A DNA stretch of 31,520 bases, from assembly GCA_016184305.1 (NCBI GenBank), contig JACPCX010000115.1:1-31520 (forward strand). The letters run 5' to 3'. The stretch's first letter is position 1, and each line of letters starts with the position of its first letter. The notes under the pieces are model-generated. The model did not search any database. It saw only the letters and a program-made list of their open reading frames with translations, and was not told where the DNA came from. Source of the stretch: Candidatus Rokuibacteriota bacterium (GTDB lineage Bacteria > Methylomirabilota > Methylomirabilia > Rokubacteriales > CSP1-6). Made by a program: the position numbers and the translations under genes. Positions 1 to 9,977 of this stretch are shown piece by piece.

Positions 1-109
1 CCGCCGTGACGAAGGGGCAGTCCAGCTCGACGGCGAGGGCTACGAACGACGCATCGTAGAAGGTCAGCCCGAGGTCGCGCCCGAGCCAACCTGCGCGCGC
101 GAGGAGGGG
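1..109 (-). pseudogene. C-terminal fragment of a VapC/PIN-domain toxin, running off the window start and apparently 5'-truncated
   Basis: The minus strand translates to [36 protein letters not shown], matching the PIN C-terminal pattern (L-T-x-YDA-x-Y/F-VALA...P-x-VTAD). No in-frame ATG/GTG was found upstream to about position 240, where the frame crosses the riboswitch. Confidence 0.6.
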
Positions 110-120
110 GCTGGCCGGTG

Positions 121-126
121 TATACT
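121..126 (+). promoter_or_regulatory. Putative -10 box (TATACT) of the thi operon promoter
   Basis: TATACT lies about 10 nt upstream of the riboswitch 5' end in a very GC-rich context. No clear -35 box. Confidence 0.5.
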
Positions 127-135
127 CGGGCAGGC

Positions 136-219
136 GACGCGGGGGGAGGTTTCCTGAGAACCGGGTGCGGCCCGGGACCCCTCGAACCTGATCTGGGTAA
201 TCCCAGCGAAGGGAACGCG
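136..219 (+). promoter_or_regulatory. TPP (THI-box) riboswitch aptamer
   Basis: Conserved elements GGGG...CTGAGA...GACCC...GAACCTGAT-CTGGG-TAAT-CCCAG-CGAAGGGA, directly upstream of thiS-thiG-thiE-thiO. Confidence 0.95.
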
Positions 220-268
220 AAGCCCGGATGGCCAGCGCCCGCCGCACCCGACGAGGTGCGGTGCCCTC

Positions 269-469
269 ATGCGCGTCACGGTGAACGGCAAGCCGATGGA
301 GATCCCCGACGGCCTCACGGTCGAGGGGCTGCTCGAGCATCTCCGGATCCGCCGGGAGTACACGGCCGTGGCGATCAACCGCGAGGTCACCGCCAGGTCC
401 ACCTACGACGAGACCAGGCTTCACGACGGCGACAAGGTCGAGATCGTCCACCCGATGGGTGGCGGGTAG
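269..469 (+). CDS. thiS: Sulfur carrier protein ThiS
   Basis: 66 aa, MRVTVNG start, AVAINREV, C-terminal GG; located between the riboswitch and thiG. Confidence 0.95.
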   Translation: MRVTVNGKPMEIPDGLTVEGLLEHLRIRREYTAVAINREVTARSTYDETRLHDGDKVEIVHPMGGG

Positions 470-489
470 CGGCGAACCGGGAGGCAGGC

Positions 490-1275
490 ATGTACGATAC
501 ATCGTTGTGGCTGGGGGGCAAGGAGTTCAAGTCCCGGCTCATCGTCGGCACCGGCAAGTACCCCTCGTTCGAGAGCATGCGCGAGGCGCTGGAGGCCTCG
601 GGCGCGGAGATCGTCACGGTCGCGGTGCGGCGCGTGAACCTGCCGGGGCAGGGGGAGTCGCTTCTCGACTTCATCGACACCAAGCGCTACACGCTCCTGC
701 CGAACACCGCCGGCTGCTACACGGCCGACGAGGCGATCCGGACTTGCTACCTCGCGCGGGAGGCCGGGCTCGGCACCCTCGTGAAGCTCGAGGTGATCGG
801 CGACTCGCGGACGCTCTTCCCGGACGTCGAGGGCTTGCTCGAGGCGACCCGCACGCTGGCCCGCGAGGGCTTCAGCGTGCTGCCGTATACCAACGACGAT
901 CCGGTGACCTCCAAGAAGCTCGAGGACGCCGGAGCGGCCGCGGTCATGCCGCTGGGCGCCCCGATCGGCTCGGGCCTCGGCATCCGCAACCCGTACAACA
1001 TCAAGCTCATCCTGGAGGCGGTGACGGTACCGGTGATCGTGGACGCCGGCGTCGGCACGGCCTCCGACGCCGCCATCGCCATGGAGCTCGGCTGCGACGG
1101 GGTCCTGATGAACACGGCCATCGCCTCGGCCAAGGACCCCGTGGCCATGGCCACCGCCATGAAGCTCGCCGTCGAGGCGGGGCGCCTGGCCTTCAAGGCC
1201 GGCCGCATCGGCAAGAAGCTCTACGCCACGGCGTCCTCCCCCATCGAAGGCGTGCCGGATTGGAGTACGAGCTGA
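490..1275 (+). CDS. thiG: Thiazole synthase ThiG
   Basis: [44 protein letters not shown] and ASSP motifs. True start is ATG 490 after GGAGG, not position 118. Confidence 0.97.
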   Translation: MYDTSLWLGGKEFKSRLIVGTGKYPSFESMREALEASGAEIVTVAVRRVNLPGQGESLLDFIDTKRYTLLPNTAGCYTADEAIRTCYLAREAGLGTLVKLEVIGDSRTLFPDVEGLLEATRTLAREGFSVLPYTNDDPVTSKKLEDAGAAAVMPLGAPIGSGLGIRNPYNIKLILEAVTVPVIVDAGVGTASDAAIAMELGCDGVLMNTAIASAKDPVAMATAMKLAVEAGRLAFKAGRIGKKLYATASSPIEGVPDWSTS

Positions 1276-1349
1276 GGGACGGCTCTGCGGCCCGAGGCGA
1301 GTGGAGACGGGAATCGGGCGAGCGTGAGCGAGCCGGGACGAGCTGAGGG
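1267..1349 (+). repeat. Short intergenic insertion carrying the 20-mer CGGGCGAGCGTGAGCGAGCC (1315-1334), bounded by a 12-bp direct repeat ACGAGCTGAGGG
   Basis: Direct repeat at 1267-1278 and 1338-1349. The 20-mer is identical to 21305-21324 and to the reverse complement of 9856-9875. Confidence 0.75.
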
Positions 1350-1972
1350 TGACGGTGGACTTCGCGCTGTATCTCGTCACGGACCGCTCGGTCGCGAGGA
1401 GGTCCCTGGTGGAGGTCGTCGAGGAGTCTCTGGGGGCTGGGCTCCGGGCGATGCAGCTCCGCGAGAAGGATCTCCCGGTGCGCGACCTTCTCGATCTTGC
1501 CGTTCCGCTGCGTGAGGCCACCCGTGGCCACGGCGCCCGGCTCCTGATCAACGACAGGACCGACGTCGCTCTCGTCGTCGAGGCCGATGGCGTCCAGCGC
1601 ACCCATGACTCGCTCCCCGTCGGCGCGCTGCGCGACATGACCCCGGCCGGCTTCCTGATCGGCGCCTCGGTCCACTCCCCGAGTGAAGCGCAGGAGGCCG
1701 CGTCCCAGGGCGCCGACTTCCTTGTCTTCGGCCCGGTGTGGGACACCGCCTCCAAGCGCACCTATGGCCCGCCTCAGGGGCTCGAGGCCCTCCGCAGAGT
1801 CGCGGCCGGGACCGCCGTGCCGGTGCTCGCCATCGGCGGGATCACCCCCGAGCGCGTGCGCGCGGTGCTGGAGGCGGGCGCCGCGGGGGTGGCAGCGATC
1901 TCCGCCATCCTGGCCGCTGACCGTCCGGCGGAGGCCACGAAGGCCTTCCTCGACGCGCTGGGGCGCTCCTGA
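1349..1972 (+). CDS. thiE: Thiamine-phosphate synthase ThiE (ThiE/TenI family)
   Basis: LYLVTD, QLREK, LLINDR, GASVHS, GPV..T.SK and AIGGI motifs; thi operon context. Confidence 0.85.
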   Translation: MTVDFALYLVTDRSVARRSLVEVVEESLGAGLRAMQLREKDLPVRDLLDLAVPLREATRGHGARLLINDRTDVALVVEADGVQRTHDSLPVGALRDMTPAGFLIGASVHSPSEAQEAASQGADFLVFGPVWDTASKRTYGPPQGLEALRRVAAGTAVPVLAIGGITPERVRAVLEAGAAGVAAISAILAADRPAEATKAFLDALGRS

Positions 1973-3090
1973 TGCCGCCCTCCGCCCTCATCGTGGGCGG
2001 TGGCATCATCGGCTGCGCCACCGCCTACGAGCTGGCCAAGGGCGGCTGCGGCGTCACCGTCCTCGAGCGCGACACGCCGGGAGGGGAGGCCTCGGGCGCC
2101 GCGGCCGGGCTCCTCGCGCCGCTGGGCGAGTCCCGGGACCCGGGCCCCTTCCAGACGCTCGCCGTGGAGAGCTGGAGGCTCTATCCGAAGGTCGTGGACG
2201 AGCTCGAGGCCGCCACCGGGATGAACGTGGAGTACATGACCGCAGGCACGCTGTACCCGGTGCTCGACGCAGGAGAGCTCGCGGCCGCGCGCGAGCGGAC
2301 GACGTGGCCCGTGGCCCGGGAGTTCGGCGTGGAGCTGCTCGAGGGGGCACGCGTGCTCGAGCGCGAGCCGGCCCTGGCCGGCAGCATCACGGCCGCGCTG
2401 TTCGTCCACGGAGACCACTGGGTGAACAACGAGCGCCTGGTGGCGGCCTATGCGCAGGCGGCCGCGGAGCGCGGCGTCGTGATCCGGAGCGGGGTCGAGG
2501 TCAGCGAGATCCTCATCGAAGGGGGCCGGGCGCGTGGCGTCATGGCCGGAGGGAGGCGCCTGGAGGCGGACTGCGTGCTGCTGGCAGCGGGCGCCTGGTC
2601 GGGGGGGCTCATGGCCGCGCGAGGCAGCGGGCTCCCCGTGGAGCCGGTGCGCGGCCAGATGCTCTCCGTCTCCAACTCGCCGCCGCTCCTCACCCATGCG
2701 GTACACGGGCGGAGCGTCTATCTCGTGCCGCGCCCGTCGGGCGAGCTCCTGGTGGGAGCCACGGTGGAGCATGTGGGATTCGTCCGGGAGGTCACCGACG
2801 AGGCGCTCGAGGGTCTCATCGACGAGGCCGTGTCGCTGGCGCCCGGGATGGGCGAGCGCCCGCTGCTGAGATCGTGGTGCGGCTTCCGGCCGTGGGCGCC
2901 CGACGGCCACCCGATCCTCGGGCCCTGGCCGGGCGTGGACGGGCTCTTCGTCGCCACGGCCCACTACCGCAACGGCATCCTGCTGGCGCCCATCACGGCG
3001 CATCTCATGAGTCAGTGCATGCTCACGGGCCGCGCCCCGGCCCTGCTGGGCCCCTTTCTACCCGACCGCTTCATCTCATCCACCCCCTAA
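1972..3090 (+). CDS. thiO: Glycine oxidase ThiO (FAD-dependent)
   Basis: IVGGGIIG dinucleotide-binding motif, ASGAAAG, PVRGQ, GFRP, HYRNGILLAP; TGATG-coupled to thiE. Confidence 0.93.
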   Translation: MPPSALIVGGGIIGCATAYELAKGGCGVTVLERDTPGGEASGAAAGLLAPLGESRDPGPFQTLAVESWRLYPKVVDELEAATGMNVEYMTAGTLYPVLDAGELAAARERTTWPVAREFGVELLEGARVLEREPALAGSITAALFVHGDHWVNNERLVAAYAQAAAERGVVIRSGVEVSEILIEGGRARGVMAGGRRLEADCVLLAAGAWSGGLMAARGSGLPVEPVRGQMLSVSNSPPLLTHAVHGRSVYLVPRPSGELLVGATVEHVGFVREVTDEALEGLIDEAVSLAPGMGERPLLRSWCGFRPWAPDGHPILGPWPGVDGLFVATAHYRNGILLAPITAHLMSQCMLTGRAPALLGPFLPDRFISSTP

Positions 3091-3109
3091 CAGGACGCGG
3101 ACCACCTCC

Positions 3110-3230
3110 GCAGGCCGGTCGAAAAGGCTCAGATGCAAGGCGGCGAGGGATGCGACGAGCGAGGCGTACTCCGCTTGGCGAGCCGAGCCGGAGGCGAGGT
3201 GAGCGGATCCGGAGATCCGGGCGAGCGTGA
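3110..3230 (+). repeat. Partial copy of a palindromic MITE-like intergenic repeat (copy A)
   Basis: 3159-3230 matches the reverse complement of 9863-9934 at 70/72 nt. The 5' end GCAGGCCGGTCGAAAAGGCTCAGATGC resembles the ends of copy B. Confidence 0.85.
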
Positions 3231-4558
3231 CCCGTGACGACGTCAAGCGCAGCGTGTGCGAGGCCATTGACCGGCGCGCCGAGAAGATCACCGCCGTGGG
3301 CGAGACCATCCGCCGCAACCCCGAGCTCGGCTTCAAGGAGTTCAAGACGGCACGGCTCGTGGAAGAGACCATGCGGGAGATCGGGCTGTCGCCGCGCGGC
3401 GGTCTCGCGGTGACGGGCGTCAGGGCTGAGCAGCGGGGCGCCAAGGACGGGCCCACCTTCGCCCTGCTCGGTGAGCTGGACGGCCTCGTGGTGGCCGGGC
3501 ATCCGGTGGCCGACAAGGAGTCCGGCGCGGCGCATGCCTGCGGTCACAACGCCCAGGTGGCGGGGCTCCTCGGCGCCGCCATGGGGCTCATGGCCGCCAA
3601 GGCCTTCGACCACCTGGCCGGACGCGTCGTGTTCTTGGCCGTGCCCGCCGAGGAGTACGGGGACGTCGAGTGGCGCGTTCAGCAGGCGCGGGCGGGCCGG
3701 CTCGAGTTCCTCGGTGGCAAGCCCGAGCTGCTGCGGCTCGGCCACTTCGACGACGTGGACCTCGCGATGATGATCCACACCACCTCGCAGCCGGAGATGA
3801 AGCGGGCGGGGGTGGCCGCCTCCAACAACGGCTGCATCGTCAAGACCGTGCGCTACCTCGGCCGCGCCTCGCACGCGGGCGGCGCGCCGCACCACGGGAT
3901 CAACGCGCTGTACGCGGCGAACATCGGGCTCATGGCGATCAACGCCGTCCGCGAGACCTTCAGGGACGAGGACTCAATCCGGGTGCACCCGATCATCACT
4001 CACGGCGGCAGCCAGGTGAACGTGATCCCCGCCGAGGTGCGCCTGGAGACCTATGTGCGCGGGAAGACGGTCGAGGCGATCCTGGACGCCAACCGCCGGG
4101 TGGACCGCGCGCTGCGCGCGGGCGCCCTGGCGCTGGGCGCCCAGGTGGAGATCGAGACCCTGCCGGGCTACCTGCCGCTCTTCAACCATGCCGGCATGGC
4201 CGCGCACTTCACGGCCAACGCGCGGGCGTTGCTGGGCGCCGACGAGGTGACGGAGGCCGGCCATCGCAGCGGCTCCACCGACATGGGGGACATCTCCCAC
4301 GTCATGCCGGCGCTCCACCCGTACATGGGGGGCGCCGCGGGGAGCGGACACGGCGCCGACTACGCCATCGCCGACCCGGGGCTCGCGTACGTCGAGCCCG
4401 CCAAGCAGCTCGCCCTCATGGCCGTGGATCTGCTCTGGGGCAATGCCGAGACGGCCCGCGAGATCCTCAAGGCCTGGACGCCGCGCATGACGAAGGAGGA
4501 GTACCTCACCTTCCAGCGCGGCGTCGCCCGTACCGAGCTCTACGACGGCGCTCGCTAG
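3227..4558 (+). CDS. M20D-family amidohydrolase (AbgB/HmrA-like)
   Basis: NPELGFKE, GELD, HACGHN, PAEE, G..SHAGGAP..GINAL and GSTDMGDIS motifs. Confidence 0.9.
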   Translation: MTRDDVKRSVCEAIDRRAEKITAVGETIRRNPELGFKEFKTARLVEETMREIGLSPRGGLAVTGVRAEQRGAKDGPTFALLGELDGLVVAGHPVADKESGAAHACGHNAQVAGLLGAAMGLMAAKAFDHLAGRVVFLAVPAEEYGDVEWRVQQARAGRLEFLGGKPELLRLGHFDDVDLAMMIHTTSQPEMKRAGVAASNNGCIVKTVRYLGRASHAGGAPHHGINALYAANIGLMAINAVRETFRDEDSIRVHPIITHGGSQVNVIPAEVRLETYVRGKTVEAILDANRRVDRALRAGALALGAQVEIETLPGYLPLFNHAGMAAHFTANARALLGADEVTEAGHRSGSTDMGDISHVMPALHPYMGGAAGSGHGADYAIADPGLAYVEPAKQLALMAVDLLWGNAETAREILKAWTPRMTKEEYLTFQRGVARTELYDGAR

Positions 4559-4567
4559 CGGGGGGGG

Positions 4568-5974
4568 TCAGACCCGGTAGAGCCAGAGGTAGGTGACGGT
4601 CACCATGAGGTTGTTCACGGCATGCGCGAGGATGCCCGGCAGGAGGCTCTTCGTCCGCTCGTAGGCTGCCGCCCAGAGGATTCCGCTCCAGAGCGCCGAG
4701 GTGAAGCCGACCGGCCCGTAGCCGTGGGCTGCCGCGAAGATCGCAGCGCTGCAGAGCACGGCCGGCGTCACCCGCATGACCCGTCGCAGCGTGGCGTAGA
4801 GCACCCCACGGAACGCGATCTCCTCGACCATGGGCGTCCACAGGCCGCCGTCGATGGTGCCGATGACCAGGCGCGAGCCTGGATCCCAGAGGATCCCCTC
4901 GGGGAATCCGTCAGCCCAGTGAGTGTGCAGGCCGAGGGTGCCGGCGACGACGGTGATGATGCCGTCGCCCGCGATCCCCAGAGCAATGACCACGCAGATC
5001 GCGGTCACGAGGCCCGAGCCTCCATCGGCAATGAGGCGGAGGCCGAAGGCGGCCGCCGGTCCCCTGCCGCGGACGCTCAGGTAGCGGATGGTCCACCACA
5101 GCATCGGGATGCCGGAGGCGACGCCCGCCAGGTGGAGGAGCGCGCTCCCCTCGGGCAGGAGGGCGCCGGCGGCAATGCCCACGCCGAGGAGCCCCGCGAC
5201 GCCCCGGATGAACAGGGCGTAGCCGTCGCCGAAGGGCCACGTCGGCGGCACTGACGCTGCGCCGACCGCGACGGGAGCGCGGCGGGTGAGGACGGCGGCG
5301 AGCCCTGCCAGGCCCAGGGCGAGCAGGAGGCCCTGGCCGGCCCCGAGCACGCGCAAGCGCCGGAGCAGGGAGGCCCCGCGCGCGGCGCTGGCCGACTCGG
5401 CCTGCGCCTGGCTGGCGCGATCGTCGATCCTGGCGGCCACCCGCGCCACGAGGGTGTCGGCAAACCAGTTCTCGGGCAGGCGCTCGCGGATCTCCGCAAT
5501 CACCGTGCGCCCCGCATCGGCCTCGATCGGCGCCTCTCCGTAGGCCGCGCCCATCCACTCGGCCGAGGCGAGTGCGGGGCTCGCCCGCGCCGGCCGTCCC
5601 GCCTCCGCCATCAGGATGTGGCGATAGATCTCGGCCCGTGGAGCGTCGAGCGTCTCGGTGAGCTCCTCGTACCAGACGATGGACTCCTCGATCGGGTCGC
5701 TAGATCCTGCCAGGAGCGCGTACAGCGCAACCTCCCAGGTTGGCGCGTGCTGGAGCGCGGCGCGCAGGTCCAGCTCGCTCGAGACGAGCCGCTCGAGGGA
5801 CTCCTCGGGCCGGTCGAGCCCCAGGAGTGGGGAGCTGGAGAGAGGCCAGGTGAAGAGCCCGAGGAGGGCGGCGACCAGGAGCGTCGCCAGGAGGGTGATC
5901 CAGCCCGAGAAATATGGCGACGGTGGCGCTGGGAGCGGGACATGGTCCGCGTGCTCTGGAACCGACTCGAACAT
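4568..5974 (-). CDS. CPBP/Abi-family intramembrane glutamic endopeptidase with N-terminal extracytoplasmic domain
   Basis: EEIAFRG, FAAAH and HAVNN motifs in a multi-TM C-terminus. Start set at ATG 5974 (MFESVPEH); the longer ORF is antisense to the BtuF-like gene. Confidence 0.88.
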   Translation of the reverse strand: MFESVPEHADHVPLPAPPSPYFSGWITLLATLLVAALLGLFTWPLSSSPLLGLDRPEESLERLVSSELDLRAALQHAPTWEVALYALLAGSSDPIEESIVWYEELTETLDAPRAEIYRHILMAEAGRPARASPALASAEWMGAAYGEAPIEADAGRTVIAEIRERLPENWFADTLVARVAARIDDRASQAQAESASAARGASLLRRLRVLGAGQGLLLALGLAGLAAVLTRRAPVAVGAASVPPTWPFGDGYALFIRGVAGLLGVGIAAGALLPEGSALLHLAGVASGIPMLWWTIRYLSVRGRGPAAAFGLRLIADGGSGLVTAICVVIALGIAGDGIITVVAGTLGLHTHWADGFPEGILWDPGSRLVIGTIDGGLWTPMVEEIAFRGVLYATLRRVMRVTPAVLCSAAIFAAAHGYGPVGFTSALWSGILWAAAYERTKSLLPGILAHAVNNLMVTVTYLWLYRV

Positions 5975-6046
5975 GGGGCGGAAGTATATCACCCGGGTGT
6001 GCAGCCCCCGGGCGCCGGCTCCAGCGTCTGGTATGGTGGAGGAGAC

Positions 6047-6847
6047 ATGTACGGCAAGGCTGCCGCCGACTTCCCCCGCCGCATCGTCTGCCTCACCTCC
6101 GAGCACGTGGAGATCTGCTACGCGCTCGGGGCAGGGGATCGCGTGGTCGGGGTGCCGGGGACGGCGCGGCGCCCGCCCGAGGCGCGGGACAAACCGAAGG
6201 TCGGCGGCTTCACGAGCTTCCGCCGGGACAAGATCATCGAGCTCGAGCCCGACCTGGTGCTGGCCTTCTCCGACCTTCAGGCGGACATCGCGGCCGAGCT
6301 GATCCGCGCCGGGCTCACCATCCTCTGCACCAATCAGCGCTCCGTGGACGATATCCTCGGCGCCATCCTGATGGTTGGCGGCGCGCTGGGGCTTGCCAGG
6401 GAAGCGGGCGGACTGGTGCAGGACATCCGCGACGAGCTCAAGCAGGTCCGCGAGTTCTCGAGCGTGTGGCCCGACCACCCGCGCGTGTATTTCGAGGAGT
6501 GGCCCGATCCCCCGATCGCCGGCATCCGCTGGGTGTCCGAGACCATCGAGATCGCGGGAGGGCGGGACATCTTCCCGGAGCTGCGGGTCGGGACTTCCGC
6601 GAAGGAGCGGGAGGTGGACCCGGCGGAGGTCGTGCGGCGCGATCCGCAAATCATCCTGGCCTCCTGGTGCGGCAGGCGCGTGGACATCGAAGCCATCCGC
6701 CAGCGCCCGGGCTGGGCAGGGGTCACGGCCGTCAAGTCCGGGCGCATCCACGAGCTTGACGGGGCCGACATCCTGTCCCCGGGACCCTCGGTCCTCGCTG
6801 GGTTGCGGCTCATCCACGAGATCATCCAGGCAGCCCTGGATGAGTAA
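6047..6847 (+). CDS. BtuF-like helical-backbone metal/cobalamin-binding protein, no signal peptide
   Basis: PRRIVCL, IIELEPDLVLA, PRVYFEEWPDP, WVSE..EIAGG and PGP motifs; GGAGG RBS before ATG 6047. Confidence 0.85.
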   Translation: MYGKAAADFPRRIVCLTSEHVEICYALGAGDRVVGVPGTARRPPEARDKPKVGGFTSFRRDKIIELEPDLVLAFSDLQADIAAELIRAGLTILCTNQRSVDDILGAILMVGGALGLAREAGGLVQDIRDELKQVREFSSVWPDHPRVYFEEWPDPPIAGIRWVSETIEIAGGRDIFPELRVGTSAKEREVDPAEVVRRDPQIILASWCGRRVDIEAIRQRPGWAGVTAVKSGRIHELDGADILSPGPSVLAGLRLIHEIIQAALDE

Positions 6848-6869
6848 GTGAGACCCTCGAGGTGTGACT

Positions 6870-6983
6870 GCACCAGCGATTCCCAATACGCTGATAGTTC
6901 AGCTGTAACTCGACCTTCAGCGGGGACTCAGGCGGGCGCTTCGACGTATCCGAATATTTGAAAGCCCGCGGGAATCGCGGTGC
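6870..6983. other. Structured intergenic element closed by a 14-bp inverted repeat (MITE remnant or structured RNA)
   Basis: GCACC-A-GCGATTCCC (6870-6884) pairs with GGGAATCGC-GGTGC (6970-6983). Internal hairpins GCTGA-TAGT-TCAGC and GCGGGC...GCCCGC; interior is relatively AT-rich. Confidence 0.5.
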
Positions 6984-7021
6984 TACGATGAAGTCCTCCT
7001 CAGAGCCCCACGGAGACTGAA

Positions 7022-8457
<1,436 letters not shown>

Positions 8458-8458
<1 letters not shown>

Positions 8459-9795
8459 TGCTCGATCTGCTCGCCGACCTCCTCGCCCGCGCCACGACGA
8501 AGGGGGCCACCGCGGCGGATGCCTTCATGGTGGAGGCGCAGGCCTTCTCCGCCCTCGTGCGCCTCGGCCAGGTGGACACCGTCAAGCACGCGCGCGAGCA
8601 GCGCCTGGCGCTTCGCGTGTTCGTGGGACAGTCAGTGGCCGCCGCCTCCACCTCGGACCTGAGCCGCGAGTCCGTCGGGCGGCTGGTGGAGGACGCGGTG
8701 TCGCTGGCGCGGATCACGAGCCCGGACGAGCTGGCGGGACTCCCGGACGCCGCCGAGCTGGCGCATCCGCCGCTGCCCGACCTCGACCTGGCCGATCCCA
8801 CGGGGCACGATCTGTCGCCCGAGGAGAAGATCGACCTGGCCCGGCGCGCGGAGCAGGCGGCCCTGGACTTCGACCCACGCATCACGAATTCCGAGGGCGG
8901 GGACTTCTCGGATCATCGGGCGTGCTACGCCTACGCCACGACCCACGGCTTCGCCGGCGAGTACCGCGCCTCCTCCTTCAGCCTGTCGGTGGCGCCGGTG
9001 GCCGCGAGCGGCGGGGAGATGCAGCGGGATGCCTGGTATCACGTCACGCGCAAGCGCGCCGCGCTCGATCCGCCGGAGGAGATCGGCCGGAAGGCCGCCG
9101 AGCGGGCGCTCCGCCGGCTCGGCGGCCGGTCGGTGAAGACGGCAGAGGTGCCGGTGATCTTCGACCGGCAGACGGCGGCGAGCCTCCTGCGTCACCTGGC
9201 CGGCGCGGCCTCGGGGCCGTCGCTGTACCGCGGCGCCTCGTTCCTCCTCGACCGGCTCGGGCAGTCGGTGGCCGCCCCCTCGGTGACCATCGTGGACGAC
9301 GCCACGCGGCCGGGCGGCCTCGGCTCGCGCCCCTTCGATGGGGAAGGGCTCTCGGTGCGGCGCACCGTGCTGGTGGAGAAGGGCGTGCTCGTCTCGTACC
9401 TGCTCGATACCTACACCGGCCGCAAGCTGGGGCTGCCCTCCACGCACCACGCTGCGCGGGACGGCAGCGGCGTCTCGGTGTCCACGACCAACCTCTACCT
9501 GGCCGCGGGCGAGTCGAGCCCGGAGGCGCTCATCCGGAGCGTCACGCAGGGGCTGTACGTCACCGAGCTCATCGGCTTCGGGGTCAACGGCGTCACGGGC
9601 GACTACTCCCGCGGCGTCGTGGGGCTCTGGATCGAGAACGGGGAGCTGGCCTATCCGGTGGAGGAGATCACCATCGCGGGAAACCTGCTGGACATGTTCC
9701 ACGCCGTGGAGGGCGTGGGCAATGACCTGGTGTTCCGGGACCGCACTGCGTCGCCGACGCTCCTGATTGGCCGCATGGTGGTGGCCGGCTCCTAG
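8458..9795 (+). CDS. pmbA: TldE/PmbA, non-catalytic partner of TldD
   Basis: SRPFDGEG, GVNGVTGDYSRG and EITIAGNL motifs; no HExxxH; TGATG-coupled to tldD. Confidence 0.92.
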
Positions 9796-9977
9796 CAGGC
9801 TGCTGAAAAAGGCCCATCTGCGGAGGTACGGCGCCCTCAGCCGCACGCTCAACGTGGCTCGCTCACGCTCGCCCGGGTCTCCGGATGCGCTCACCTCGCC
9901 TCCGGCTCGGCTCGCCAAGCGGAGTACGCCTCGCGTGCGGCCGTCGGGCGCCGCCTCGCATCTGGACCTTTTTGAGC
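9792..9977 (-). repeat. Near-complete palindromic MITE-like repeat (copy B) with a nested inner repeat
   Basis: The ends CTAGCAGGCTGCTGAAAAAGGCCCATCTGC and GCATCTGGACCTTTTTGAGC are imperfect inverted repeats. The CTAG overlaps the tldE stop. Core matches copy A at 70/72 nt. Confidence 0.85.

Noticed and set aside
6876..6905. Fluoride or cobalamin riboswitch near the BtuF-like gene
   Set aside because: Core consensus motifs are absent and the element lies downstream of the BtuF-like gene.
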